The notes under the pieces: model-generated
The model's input: only the letters and a program-made list of their open reading frames with translations
What the model was told of the DNA's origin: nothing
Database searches by the model: none
Assembly (NCBI GenBank): GCA_041752695.1
Contig: JBGSVZ010000092.1
Coordinates: 96,001-160,000, forward strand
From: Terrimicrobiaceae bacterium
Lineage (GTDB): Bacteria; Verrucomicrobiota; Verrucomicrobiia; Chthoniobacterales; Terrimicrobiaceae
Direction: 5' to 3'
Length of the DNA stretch: 64,000 bases
Position numbers and translations under genes: made by a program
In this document: positions 52,529-61,787 of the stretch, piece by piece
How positions within the stretch are numbered: position 1 is the first letter of the stretch
Layout of the letters: each line of letters begins with the position of its first letter

Positions 52529-52825
52529 AGGGCGGCCCCGGGATGGCTCTCGTCCGCGGTTGGGAGCATAAATAGTTGAAAATGGCGGCGTTTGCGCTCT
52601 CGAACCCCACCGGTTGTGGTGTCAATTTTGACACACCACAACTTTTTGATTGTATCTCCGGCCGGTCGGGATAAATCAAAAGCCAGCTTTGAGCCGTCTC
52701 TGTATCCAGAACGCTTCGATTGGGGCCGGAAATCCTTTAGGTGTTTCCTCGTATTCGCCCCGGCTTTTTCGTCCGCCTGTCCCGGCAAACCCGAAGTCTG
52801 CCGCTGATTTTCTCAACCCAATACC

Positions 52826-54352
52826 ATGCACCGACCTGCCCTGATGGAAATTCCCGAGGACCAGAGCCTCAATCTGCCAAACCCCGTAAAGGCCCCGAAG
52901 TCGGGCACCGCGAAAAACTTCGTGTTGGACACCAACGTCCTGCTGCACGACCCGAACAGCCTCAATCGCTTCGAAAATAACCACGTTTTCATCCCGGTGG
53001 AGGTCCTGTCCGAACTCGACCGCTTCAAGAACGAACAGACCGAACGCGGCGCCAACGCGCGCACGGTTCATCGTTCTCTCACCAAAATCTTCGGCCGCAA
53101 CGCCCGCAAGGTCACCCGCGGGGTGGAGACGGCCGGGGGCGGCTCCGTGCGCATCCTGATCAACGAGGCCATCGGCAAATCCGCCGCCGCTTCGACGGCG
53201 ATGAAACGTTTTCTGAAGATTTTCCCGGATCAGGAGCGGATGGATCACCGCATCATCGGTGCCTGCCTCGCCCTGGCGGAAATCGAGGAAGCTCCGACCA
53301 TCCTCGTTACCAAGGACCTCAACATGCAGCTCAAGGCCCTCGCCATCGGGCTCACCTGCGAGGATTACCTGAACGACAAGGTCGCGGTGAAAGACGCCGA
53401 GGGTTATGAAATCCGCTCTGTCAACGTGGAGGCGCACGAACTCCAGCGGTTTGGCAGTTCCCGCAGCCTGCTGATCGATGCGGTACGCACCGGGCCGCTT
53501 GAGATCAACGAATATGTCCTGCTCCGTGCGGCTGAACACAAACTCATGCCCGCCCGGCACATTGGCGGTGGGGAGTTTATCCGGCTCAACATTCCGCAAT
53601 CCCTGCAAATGCCCCGTGGCATCGAACTCCGTCCCGCCAACGCAGGTCAGCAATGTTTCATCGACGCCCTGCTCGACCCCGGCATCTCTCTAATTACGTG
53701 CTACGGCCAGGCCGGCACGGGCAAAACGCTGATGGCCGTTGCCGCCGGCCTTTTCCTCACCGCGCAGAAACAATTCAACGGCATGACCGTGAGCCGTCCC
53801 GTCGTGGCCATGGGGGACACCCTCGGTTTCCTGCCGGGCACCCTCAACGAAAAAATGCACCCCTGGCTGCAATCCATCTACGACGCCTGCGAGGTGCTCC
53901 TGCCTCTCAATCCGCCGAAAGCCGATGGCAAAGCCCGCGCTTCCGACCGCAAAAAACAGGGTCCCGAAGACCACCGCTCGCAACAGTCCAAGCCCGGCGA
54001 ACAGCGCGGCATCATGAAACCCTACGAGCAGTTGATCGAGCGGGGACTCCTGGAGATCGAAGCGCTTTGCTACATCCGCGGTCGCTCCATCCCGAACCGC
54101 TTCTTCGTCCTCGACGAAGCCCAGCAACTCACGCCGCTCGAAGCAAAAACGGTCGTCACCCGCATGTCCCGCGGCTCGAAGTTGGTCATGGTGGGCGACC
54201 CCGCCCAGATCGACAACCCCTACGTGGATAGCCGTTCCAATGGTCTCGTCTATACCCGTAACCGCCTCCGCGGCCAGAACATCACCGCCCACATCTGCCT
54301 CACCAAGGGCGAACGCAGTGCCCTGGCGGAACTTGGGGCGAAGATGATGTGA
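52826..54352 (+). CDS. PIN-PhoH family protein (YlaK/PhoH2-like)
   Basis: FVLDTNVLLHDP (PIN), GQAGTGKT, GFLPG, YIRGRSI, DEAQ and GDPAQIDNPY. Confidence 0.93.
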   Translation: MHRPALMEIPEDQSLNLPNPVKAPKSGTAKNFVLDTNVLLHDPNSLNRFENNHVFIPVEVLSELDRFKNEQTERGANARTVHRSLTKIFGRNARKVTRGVETAGGGSVRILINEAIGKSAAASTAMKRFLKIFPDQERMDHRIIGACLALAEIEEAPTILVTKDLNMQLKALAIGLTCEDYLNDKVAVKDAEGYEIRSVNVEAHELQRFGSSRSLLIDAVRTGPLEINEYVLLRAAEHKLMPARHIGGGEFIRLNIPQSLQMPRGIELRPANAGQQCFIDALLDPGISLITCYGQAGTGKTLMAVAAGLFLTAQKQFNGMTVSRPVVAMGDTLGFLPGTLNEKMHPWLQSIYDACEVLLPLNPPKADGKARASDRKKQGPEDHRSQQSKPGEQRGIMKPYEQLIERGLLEIEALCYIRGRSIPNRFFVLDEAQQLTPLEAKTVVTRMSRGSKLVMVGDPAQIDNPYVDSRSNGLVYTRNRLRGQNITAHICLTKGERSALAELGAKMM

Positions 54353-54359
54353 GCGAGAA

Positions 54360-55175
54360 TCACGGTTCCCCCACCGTCGGGTCCGGCAGGGAGATCGCCT
54401 CGTCGCGCATGGCCCGGGTGAGAATTTCCTTTCCGGTCGGCACGGCCTCGCGTGCCATACCGCGATAGCGCATGGGTTTGTAGCCAAGGGCCAGGATTTT
54501 ATCCAGGGGAGCTTCTTTCAACGCCGGTTTCCAATCAGGCACGCCGCCGGTTTCGTAAAAGTAGATCCACGATTTGTCCGGCCGGGCCCAGCCGGCAAAA
54601 AGTCGGGAATGGGTGCGCGGGATGTTCAGTACATCGCCGGGCTGCATGTCGGGCGGATTCGACAGCACGTCACACACCGATGGGAGCTGAGTCGAATCAT
54701 GCACCACCGGCAGTTTGAGGCAGCGCGAGACAAACCCCGAGCAATCCACCCCCGCCGCCTGCGTGCTCACGGCCGCATTGTCGGCGGCACGTTTGGCCGG
54801 ACTCGATACGTCACCCGCCGCGCGGCCCTCGGCCACGGCTTGATCGAAAGTGTCGAGGTCGTCGAATCCTCCCCATTTGTAAGGCACCCCTGTATTGACC
54901 TCTCCTGGAAGCCACCAGCCGTCGCGGCCATTGGGAGGACGGAATCCGGCATCGGGAGTATCCACGCGCACGCCAGCCGGGTCCGGGCCGTGCAGAATAT
55001 TACGGGCGAAGGGCCGCCAGGGGTGCTTGCAGTAGGATTGGGCAATGGCCAGCGCCTCCTTCGGCGTCACTTGCGAAGGTGCGGCCGGATCGCCGGGCAG
55101 CAAGGCGGCGCGTGGTGCATCCGGCACGCTGGCGCATCCGGCAAAAACAACAACAATGGCGCATAGGCGAAACAT
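54360..55175 (-). CDS. NlpC/P60-like lipoprotein
   Basis: Lipobox VFAGC; GVPYKWGG, GVDCSGFVS and QPGDVLN..HSRLF; ATG 55175 preferred as start. Confidence 0.75.
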   Translation of the reverse strand: MFRLCAIVVVFAGCASVPDAPRAALLPGDPAAPSQVTPKEALAIAQSYCKHPWRPFARNILHGPDPAGVRVDTPDAGFRPPNGRDGWWLPGEVNTGVPYKWGGFDDLDTFDQAVAEGRAAGDVSSPAKRAADNAAVSTQAAGVDCSGFVSRCLKLPVVHDSTQLPSVCDVLSNPPDMQPGDVLNIPRTHSRLFAGWARPDKSWIYFYETGGVPDWKPALKEAPLDKILALGYKPMRYRGMAREAVPTGKEILTRAMRDEAISLPDPTVGEP

Positions 55176-55218
55176 GAGAACTTGCCGCGAACCGGCCCCC
55201 GCATTCATAGTCCGTCCG

Positions 55219-56658
55219 ATGCGGAAGAAAAGCCGATTTGCCTGCGGCCCTGCCGACCGTTGGGGCCCCGCCCTTAGGCTGCTCCGACTGGGAAACACGC
55301 TAAAGCGTGGACTCCAACATGCCGCCATCGCGATTGTCCTCGCCATCCCCGCCCAGGCAGCGCAGCGCACCGCCCTCGTCATTGGCAACGACCGTTACGA
55401 ATCCGGTGCCGGGCCGCTGCGAAATTCCGGCAACGACGCCCGGGCCGTGGCCCGCGCTCTCCGTCAGCTCAATTTCGAGGTGCTCGAACGCCACGACGTC
55501 ACTCGTGATCAACTCCTCAAAGCCGTCGCCGAATTCCGTAAGACTCTCCCCGGTGCGCAGGTCGGCCTCTTTTACTACGCCGGCCACGGCCTCTCCGTCG
55601 GTGGCGCAAACTACCTCGTGCCCGTCAAATCCGGCTTTGCCTCTGACGCCTTCGACGAAGTCGCCCTTCGCCTCCAGGCCGAAACCCGCCTCCTCAACGC
55701 CGAACAAATCGTCGCCGACATGAACTCCGCCGGGGCCGGTTGCAACCTCATCATCCTCGACGCCTGCCGCAACACTCCTCTTGCCCGCCGGACGAATACG
55801 CGGTCGTTCGCGACCCGCGGCGGTCTTTCCGAAATGACGCCGCCCGCCGGCTCCCTCATCGCTTTCGCCACCGATGCCGGTCGCGTGGCCTTTGACGGCG
55901 ACGGCTCCAACGGCCTCTACACCGAGGAACTCCTAAAAAACCTCCTCACCCCCGGCCTCACCATCGAGCAAGTCTTCAAACGTACCCGCGCCGGAGTGTT
56001 GAAACGCTCCGACGGCGGCCAGATCCCCGCCGAATACTCCCGCCTCGTCGGCGAAGACATCTTCCTTGCCGGGGTCGCTCCGCCCTCTCTTCCGCCCCCT
56101 GCTCCTGAACTGGCCCCTGCTCTCGGTCCCGGTGCCCCCGATATCCTCACCCTCGCCAAAGCCGGCCGCACCGAAGAGACCCTCGCCGCCCTCCGTGCCG
56201 CGGATGGGGCTGGTGACCCCGCTGCCGCGCTCGAAGTTCTCCTCGACCAAGTCAAAGACGACCTCAAGGAAAGCAAAGGCCCCTCATCCCGCGTCGTCTC
56301 GGCCGAGAACTCTTGCGCCCTCATCGTGGTTGCTCTCCCGGACCTCTTACCCGCTGACAACCCCCGCCATGCCGAACTCACCGCCAAAGCCCACAACCGC
56401 CGCGGTGACGCCCTCCTCCTGCTCGGCCGCCCCCGCGAAGCCCTCGCCGCCTTCGACGCCGCCCAACCCCTCGCGCCGACGGATCCATACATCCTCTTCA
56501 ACCGCGGCCGCGCCCACCTTGTCCTCGGCGACAAAACCGCCGCCCGCGCCGACTTCACCGCGGCCGCCGACCCCAAATTCGACAAACCCGTCGCTCGAAA
56601 ACTCGCCCGCGAGGCGCTGGATCGGATGGAGGAGAAGCAGCGCCCGCCCGCCCGCTGA
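55219..56658 (+). CDS. Caspase-family (peptidase C14) protein with C-terminal TPRs
   Basis: ALVIGNDRY, FYYAGHG and IILDACR (His-Cys dyad); TPR-like AHNRRGDALLLLG and FNRGRAHLVLGD. Start uncertain. Confidence 0.9.
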   Translation: MRKKSRFACGPADRWGPALRLLRLGNTLKRGLQHAAIAIVLAIPAQAAQRTALVIGNDRYESGAGPLRNSGNDARAVARALRQLNFEVLERHDVTRDQLLKAVAEFRKTLPGAQVGLFYYAGHGLSVGGANYLVPVKSGFASDAFDEVALRLQAETRLLNAEQIVADMNSAGAGCNLIILDACRNTPLARRTNTRSFATRGGLSEMTPPAGSLIAFATDAGRVAFDGDGSNGLYTEELLKNLLTPGLTIEQVFKRTRAGVLKRSDGGQIPAEYSRLVGEDIFLAGVAPPSLPPPAPELAPALGPGAPDILTLAKAGRTEETLAALRAADGAGDPAAALEVLLDQVKDDLKESKGPSSRVVSAENSCALIVVALPDLLPADNPRHAELTAKAHNRRGDALLLLGRPREALAAFDAAQPLAPTDPYILFNRGRAHLVLGDKTAARADFTAAADPKFDKPVARKLAREALDRMEEKQRPPAR

Positions 56659-56663
56659 CACAT

Positions 56664-56721
56664 TGTAGGCCGTCGCGCTGCGACGGCAGGGGTTGGAGCC
56701 GCCCCGGCGGTGCGGGCTACA
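56664..56721. repeat. GTAG-type REP doublet
   Basis: TGTAG-GCCGTCGC-gct-GCGACGGC...CTACA between convergent genes. Confidence 0.6.
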
Positions 56722-56743
56722 GCTTGGGGAAGGATCACCCTGC

Positions 56744-57541
56744 CTAAAGCCAACCCTCCTTCTCCAGCACCGCTTCCACAATGGCCCGCGCGTCCTTGCC
56801 CATCAGCCCTTTGCCTTGGACGAGGCAGGCGAAGGCCAGGGTTTTGCCGTTGCTTTCCACATAACCCACGAACCACCCCATCACATAGTTGCCCGAACCG
56901 TCTCCTGCGGTGCCGGTCTTGCCATAGAGGGTTCCGCGTAGAGTGGAGCGGACTTCCATAATGTCCTTCACTACGGCTTGGGATTTTTCGGAGAAAGGAA
57001 CATCGGCGGTGGCAAGCCGGGCGGTGAGGGCGGCTTGTTCGGCAGGGGAGATGAGAAGGGTTTTCCGGCCGGAGGCGGGGAGCCAGAAGACATCAATGCC
57101 CGCGGATATGTCCCGGTCGCCGTAGCCGAGTTTGTCGAGTGCGGCCTGCATGCGCTTGGGTCCGATCTTGCGGGCGAGATCCTGAAAGGCGGGGACACAG
57201 GAAAATCGGAACGCGTCTTTTAAGTTGAGGTTTTTGTTCCATTCGGGAAGGAAACGTTTTTCACCGTCCCAATGATAAAACTCCTCGTCGGCGGAGGTGA
57301 GGATCCCGTTTTCCAGTCCGATGAGAGTATTCCAGATCTTGAAGGTGGAGCAGGGGGCGAATTTTTCCTGCGCGACCTCGGGGCGAAAAACGCTCGTCGT
57401 TTTCGCGTCGGTATCGACCAGCACAAGGGTCCCCTGGGTGCTTCCAAAGACTTGGCCAACGGTCGCTTCCGGGATGGGGAAGGAGAAGAGGGAGGCCGCG
57501 GCCAGGAGGGAGGCCGCGAAGGAAAGAAGAGGGATATTCAC
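56744..57541 (-). CDS. Class D beta-lactamase (OXA-like)
   Basis: PCSTFKI, SCV, YGD, FWL, YGKTGT and GWFVGYVE; signal peptide from GTG 57541. Confidence 0.9.
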   Translation of the reverse strand: MNIPLLSFAASLLAAASLFSFPIPEATVGQVFGSTQGTLVLVDTDAKTTSVFRPEVAQEKFAPCSTFKIWNTLIGLENGILTSADEEFYHWDGEKRFLPEWNKNLNLKDAFRFSCVPAFQDLARKIGPKRMQAALDKLGYGDRDISAGIDVFWLPASGRKTLLISPAEQAALTARLATADVPFSEKSQAVVKDIMEVRSTLRGTLYGKTGTAGDGSGNYVMGWFVGYVESNGKTLAFACLVQGKGLMGKDARAIVEAVLEKEGWL

Positions 57542-57555
57542 AAAAAACGGAGAAG

Positions 57556-57849
57556 CTAGGCGGCGTAGGCCAGCCAGGCATAAAAGGCGACGATGCCAAT
57601 TGCGACGAGAACGCCGCTGGTCTGGACGATGCGGGGTGTCACCGGACTGCGGATCAGATTTTCGGTCAGGCCCGCGATGATCCACCAGGCCAGGGGGACT
57701 CCGAGCAGCCAGATGGCATTTTGGGCCAGGAAGGTGCGAAGGTGTGCTGCGTGACTGGGATCCGCCCCTTGCACCCGGGAAAGGGCGATCATGGCCAAGG
57801 TGCCGAGCGCGATAAAGGCAAACTGCGTGAGGGCGATCACGTTTGTCAT
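57556..57849 (-). CDS. Hypothetical small membrane protein (3 TM)
   Basis: Three hydrophobic segments; co-directional with the OXA-like gene and 14 nt upstream of it. Confidence 0.7.
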   Translation of the reverse strand: MTNVIALTQFAFIALGTLAMIALSRVQGADPSHAAHLRTFLAQNAIWLLGVPLAWWIIAGLTENLIRSPVTPRIVQTSGVLVAIGIVAFYAWLAYAA

Positions 57850-57972
57850 GCGGGCAAAATGCCGTCCTGGGACGGGCAAGGCGAGTCTAAAAGGGGGGCG
57901 ACTTGCCAGTTGCCAATCGTTTAGAGCCCTGCGCTTCGCGAGGGTGGGGCGGTGTCCGGCAACCCGCCGCTC

Positions 57973-58311
57973 TTAAATGTCGAGGTGCGGGGTCACGCTC
58001 GCCTGGAGGGCATCGATGAGTTCCGGCTGCATGAAGGTGTAGTCGTCGGGAATGCCGAGGGTGATGACGCGCTTGTTCTCAAGGGCCTCGGGATATTTCC
58101 GGCGGAGGCGGGCGAGGTGAGATTTTTCCATCACAAAAATCAGGTCGGCCCAGCCGATATGTCCTTCGGTGACCACGATGCGCGCTTCGGGCTGCGTGCC
58201 CGCCGACCGCACCTGGTAGCCGGGCAGGCCGCGAAAAATCTCCTCTGCCGTGAGGCTGCGCAGCCGATTCCGGCTACAGATGAAAAGGAGCTTTGTGGGG
58301 TGTGGAGGCAT
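57973..58311 (-). CDS. Low-molecular-weight protein tyrosine phosphatase-like protein
   Basis: LFICSRNRLRS (Cx5R), VRSAGT, WADLIFVME and IPDDY. Confidence 0.9.
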   Translation of the reverse strand: MPPHPTKLLFICSRNRLRSLTAEEIFRGLPGYQVRSAGTQPEARIVVTEGHIGWADLIFVMEKSHLARLRRKYPEALENKRVITLGIPDDYTFMQPELIDALQASVTPHLDI

Positions 58312-58427
58312 GGGGAAGGCAGAAGAAAATTTTAACCGCTGATCTCGCGGATGAGACGGATGCGGAAAGCAGAGGACGATGCTTTTCGGAAACCCAGATA
58401 TTCACCGCTTGCGTAGAAGCCACCGAC

Positions 58428-58468
58428 CGCGTTCGGCGTTGCCTTCCTAAACTTGAGCGTTCAGCGTT
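58428..58468 (-). repeat. Partial copy of the heptamer repeat
   Basis: Minus strand reads AACGCTG AACGCTC AAGTTT ... AACGCCG AACGCG, just after the 58483 stop. Confidence 0.6.
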
Positions 58469-58482
58469 GCGCGCGCAGCGCG

Positions 58483-59034
58483 TCAGCGTTCTTCGAGGGA
58501 GACGCTTTTGATATCCACGGAGCCTTCGCCGGGTGGGAGGCAGATGGCGAGGGTTTCGGTAGCTTTGGGTTTGAGATGCGAGAACTTGGCCGTGATCGTC
58601 TGCCAGCCGGAGGAGGCTTTGAGGGCGATCGGCCGATAGTGCCAGTGGCCGCCGTCGGAGAGTTGGAGGAGAAGCGGAGTCTCGGGGAAAAGACGTTCGG
58701 CGGCTTTGTATTCGCCGCCTTCGCGGAAGTCTTCGGCGGCGTATTCTTTCGACTCGGGCAGTGGGGCGAAGTCCGCGGAACTCTGCAACTCCAGCCGGAG
58801 CGATGCACCGGTCATTCCTTTGCCGGGCCGGAGGCGATGTTCCAGGACTGACCAGCGGTTTTTGGCGAGTTTCACCCGGAGAACAGCAGTGGCCTTGTCT
58901 CCGGGTGTCAGGAAAACAACCTCCCCGGGGCCCTGCCAGGCTGCCTTGCCCGCGGTAAAGTCCGTGGACTTGACAAGCTCCTCCGCTACTGCGGCGGAAA
59001 GGCTAAGGGTAAGCACAAGGAAAACGGCCTTCAT
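58483..59034 (-). CDS. Hypothetical exported protein (carbohydrate-binding-like beta sandwich)
   Basis: Signal peptide MKAVFLVLTLSLSAAVA; ends in WQTITAKF..SVDIKSVSL. Confidence 0.72.
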   Translation of the reverse strand: MKAVFLVLTLSLSAAVAEELVKSTDFTAGKAAWQGPGEVVFLTPGDKATAVLRVKLAKNRWSVLEHRLRPGKGMTGASLRLELQSSADFAPLPESKEYAAEDFREGGEYKAAERLFPETPLLLQLSDGGHWHYRPIALKASSGWQTITAKFSHLKPKATETLAICLPPGEGSVDIKSVSLEER

Positions 59035-59038
59035 CGGC

Positions 59039-59605
59039 CTATTTGCTTCCCGGCTTGATGGCGGGAATGCCCGCGAGGTCGGCGGGGATGGCGTCGGGCG
59101 CGAAGGTCTCGACGTTCATTTGGACAAGCGAAACAAAGGGACACCCAAAGTCGGGCAGGGAGCCGCCGCTGCGATCCACGATGGATCCTGCAGCCACGAC
59201 GATGCCGCCAAGGTCACGCACGATCTGGATGGTTTCCTGCACCCGCCCACCGCGGGTGACGACATCCTCGGCGACCAGAAATTTCTCGCCGGGGGTGATG
59301 GTGAAACCGCGACGCAGAATGAGTCCGCCGTCGCCGTCCTTCTCGACAAAAATGTGTTTTTTGCCCAGATGCCGGGCGACCTCCTGACCGACAATGATGC
59401 CGCCGACGGCCGGGGAAATCACCGTCGTGGCCTCATGATGGCCGAGCTTTTCCGCAAGCAACCCGCAGACGTGAGCGGCAATGGTGGCATCCTGAAGGAG
59501 GAGGGCGCATTGGAAAAATTCGCGACTGTGCAATCCGGAACGAAGCACGAAATGGCCGTGGAGGAGCGCACCGGTCTGGCGGAAGAGATCAAGGACGGGA
59601 GACAT
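59039..59605 (-). CDS. pyrE: Orotate phosphoribosyltransferase
   Basis: GHFVLRSGLHS..QCA and VAEDVVTRGG (PRPP-binding motif). Confidence 0.95.
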   Translation of the reverse strand: MSPVLDLFRQTGALLHGHFVLRSGLHSREFFQCALLLQDATIAAHVCGLLAEKLGHHEATTVISPAVGGIIVGQEVARHLGKKHIFVEKDGDGGLILRRGFTITPGEKFLVAEDVVTRGGRVQETIQIVRDLGGIVVAAGSIVDRSGGSLPDFGCPFVSLVQMNVETFAPDAIPADLAGIPAIKPGSK

Positions 59606-59640
59606 GGACTTGGGAAGTGAGAAGTTCGGAGTTGGCAGTA

Positions 59641-59681
59641 TGACTTCGGCGTTCAGAGTTGAGCGTTCAGCGTTCGGCGTT
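59641..59681 (-). repeat. Degenerate heptamer tandem repeat
   Basis: Minus strand reads AACGCCG AACGCTG AACGCTC AACTCTG AACGCCG AAGTCA, just after the parA stop. Confidence 0.8.
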
Positions 59682-59695
59682 CAAGGCTTCCTTGC

Positions 59696-60487
59696 TCATT
59701 TGCTGACAAACGACATGCCTTTTTTCTGGCGGTCGAGGAATTCCCCGGCGAGGGCGCGGTAGGCTTCGGAGCCGGGGCCGTTCGGGTCATGCTCCAGGAT
59801 GGTTCGGCCATGGCTCGGGGCTTCGCCGAAACGGACGGTGCGGGGGATGACGGTCTGGAAGGCGACTTCTTGAAAATGACTGCGGACTTCGGCGGCGACG
59901 GCGGGGTTGAGGTTGTTGCGTCCGTCGAACATGGTCATGAGCAGTCCGCTGATGGCCAGACCGGGGTTGGCCCCGCAAGAGCGAATTTGATCGGTCACAT
60001 TCATCAAAAGGCTGAGGCCCTCCAGGGCATAATATTCGCACTGGATCGGGACGAGAATTTCGTCGGCGGCGGCGAGGGCGTTCGACATGAGGATGCCGAG
60101 CGACGGCGGGCAATCGAGGAACATGTAGTCGAAGGCCTTGCTGGCTTTGAGGGGGGCAAGGACGCGGCGGAGCTGGAGCATGTGTTCGTCCATGCGGGCG
60201 ACTTCCACCTCGGCACCGGCGAGGTCGAGGTCCGCGGGGATGGCTGAAAGATTTTCCAGTCGGGTGGGGGTGATGAGTTCCTCTACGGGGCTTTGCCCGA
60301 TGAGCGCGCGGTAGAGGCTGGGGCGTCCCTCCTGGGCGAGGCCGAGGGCGCTGCTGGCATTGCCTTGCGGATCGAGATCGGCGAGGAGCACGCGAACGCC
60401 GCGCTCGGCCAGGGCGGCGGAGAGGTTTACGGTGGTGGTGGTTTTACCCACCCCGCCTTTTTGATTGGCAACAGCGATGATCTTCAC
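59696..60487 (-). CDS. parA: ParA/Soj family ATPase
   Basis: ANQKGGVGKTTT, DLDPQGNAS, DCPPSLG, PIQCEYYALEGL and EAPSHG. Confidence 0.95.
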   Translation of the reverse strand: MKIIAVANQKGGVGKTTTTVNLSAALAERGVRVLLADLDPQGNASSALGLAQEGRPSLYRALIGQSPVEELITPTRLENLSAIPADLDLAGAEVEVARMDEHMLQLRRVLAPLKASKAFDYMFLDCPPSLGILMSNALAAADEILVPIQCEYYALEGLSLLMNVTDQIRSCGANPGLAISGLLMTMFDGRNNLNPAVAAEVRSHFQEVAFQTVIPRTVRFGEAPSHGRTILEHDPNGPGSEAYRALAGEFLDRQKKGMSFVSK

Positions 60488-61695
60488 AGAGGGCGATTGG
60501 AATAATACGCCAGGATGCCGTCGGCAACTGCATCCGCATATTCGCGATAAATACTGCGCCGCTGGGCTCCGCCAAAATTGCGGGTTCCGTCGTAGTCGCC
60601 GGCCTGGATCCGGGCAAAAGTGCTGCGGCTGTTCATGACATAAGGCTCCACATAAACCGTGGGGCAGACGAAGAGGCGGTTGGCCAGGAGGTTGCGCGCC
60701 CAGATGTAGGGATTCGCATTCACGCGGATGGCGGCGGCGCTTTCGTAACGGTAGGGAGGGAGGCCGGTGGCGGTGGCCATTTTTGCGGCGATGGCGGTGG
60801 TGAGGGCGAGTTCCGTGGGGTAGGAGCGGTTCAGCAGCTTTAAGAGCATGTCGTAGCGCTGGTCCTCATAGGTCAGCTCCTCGGCGCTGAGGGCACCCGT
60901 GATGAGGAAGTGGAGGTGGTTCTGATCGACCAGAGTGGGATTGGCGGCGTCACCCCAGGCCTCGGCATTAAAATGCAGGCAGATGACCAGGTCGGGCTGG
61001 ATGCGTTCATTCACCAACGTGCCACGGCGGCGAATCTCCCCGACGCGATAAAAGAGCCGCTCGCTTTCTTTTTGGAGGCTGAAGTCGTTCACCTCACTCC
61101 CTTTGTCCTGCAGGGAGGCGGCGGCAGCTTTTTCCAGGCGGTCCGGACGCAGCGGGGTAACGGGAGAGGCTTTTGCGCGGGTGAGAAAAACCTGGGCCCC
61201 GTAGGATTGGAGGCGTTTGGCGAGGAGCTTGGCGACGTAGAGAGTCATGTCGCCCTCGGTGACGGGTTTCGAGTTACCGATTTGGAACCAGCGTTCCTCC
61301 ATTTTGGCCCAGTAGCCGCCGAGGTGGCCGGGATCGAGGGCGATTTTGAGACCCGCCAGCGGTTTGCCGGGTTCCTCAGCCGGAAGCTGACTGCGGGTGC
61401 GCCAGTAGGAAGGAACGGCCTTGGCCGTCTGGCGCGAAGGCGCGAAACGCAGCAGAAATGGGGTGAGGCTCGGGCGGGTCGTGATGACCGCCGCATCGTC
61501 GCGGATGATGATGATGTCCTTCCAGGCACCGCCCGGAGCATAAATTTTCAGCAAATTTTCAAACTCCGCCCGCGTGATGGTTTGCTGGAAAACGTTGAGC
61601 TTCGACCAGTCCGGCGGCGGGGCAAGCGGACTGAGACGCGCCGGGGCCAGCGTAACGGAAACTAGAAGGAGCGTGACGAAAGCAGCAACTTTCAC
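60484..61695 (-). CDS. N-acetylmuramoyl-L-alanine amidase-like protein (Amidase_3), exported
   Basis: Signal peptide; IALDPGH..EGD..CLHFNA..YVE zinc-binding and catalytic pattern. Confidence 0.78.
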   Translation of the reverse strand: MKVAAFVTLLLVSVTLAPARLSPLAPPPDWSKLNVFQQTITRAEFENLLKIYAPGGAWKDIIIIRDDAAVITTRPSLTPFLLRFAPSRQTAKAVPSYWRTRSQLPAEEPGKPLAGLKIALDPGHLGGYWAKMEERWFQIGNSKPVTEGDMTLYVAKLLAKRLQSYGAQVFLTRAKASPVTPLRPDRLEKAAAASLQDKGSEVNDFSLQKESERLFYRVGEIRRRGTLVNERIQPDLVICLHFNAEAWGDAANPTLVDQNHLHFLITGALSAEELTYEDQRYDMLLKLLNRSYPTELALTTAIAAKMATATGLPPYRYESAAAIRVNANPYIWARNLLANRLFVCPTVYVEPYVMNSRSTFARIQAGDYDGTRNFGGAQRRSIYREYADAVADGILAYYSNRPL

Positions 61696-61787
61696 GTCGG
61701 GAAAATAGCGTGCCGGCGCGAAAAGAACACCGAGAAAAGGAGATTTTGTGTGGGCTCGCGACCGACGGTGCTTTAGAACCGCCGACC

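Noticed and set aside
57973..58311. LMW phosphatase as the YwlE-type arginine phosphatase partner of McsB
   Set aside because: Its loop is CSRNRLRS rather than the CTGNTCRS type, it is short, and it is about 41 kb from mcsB.
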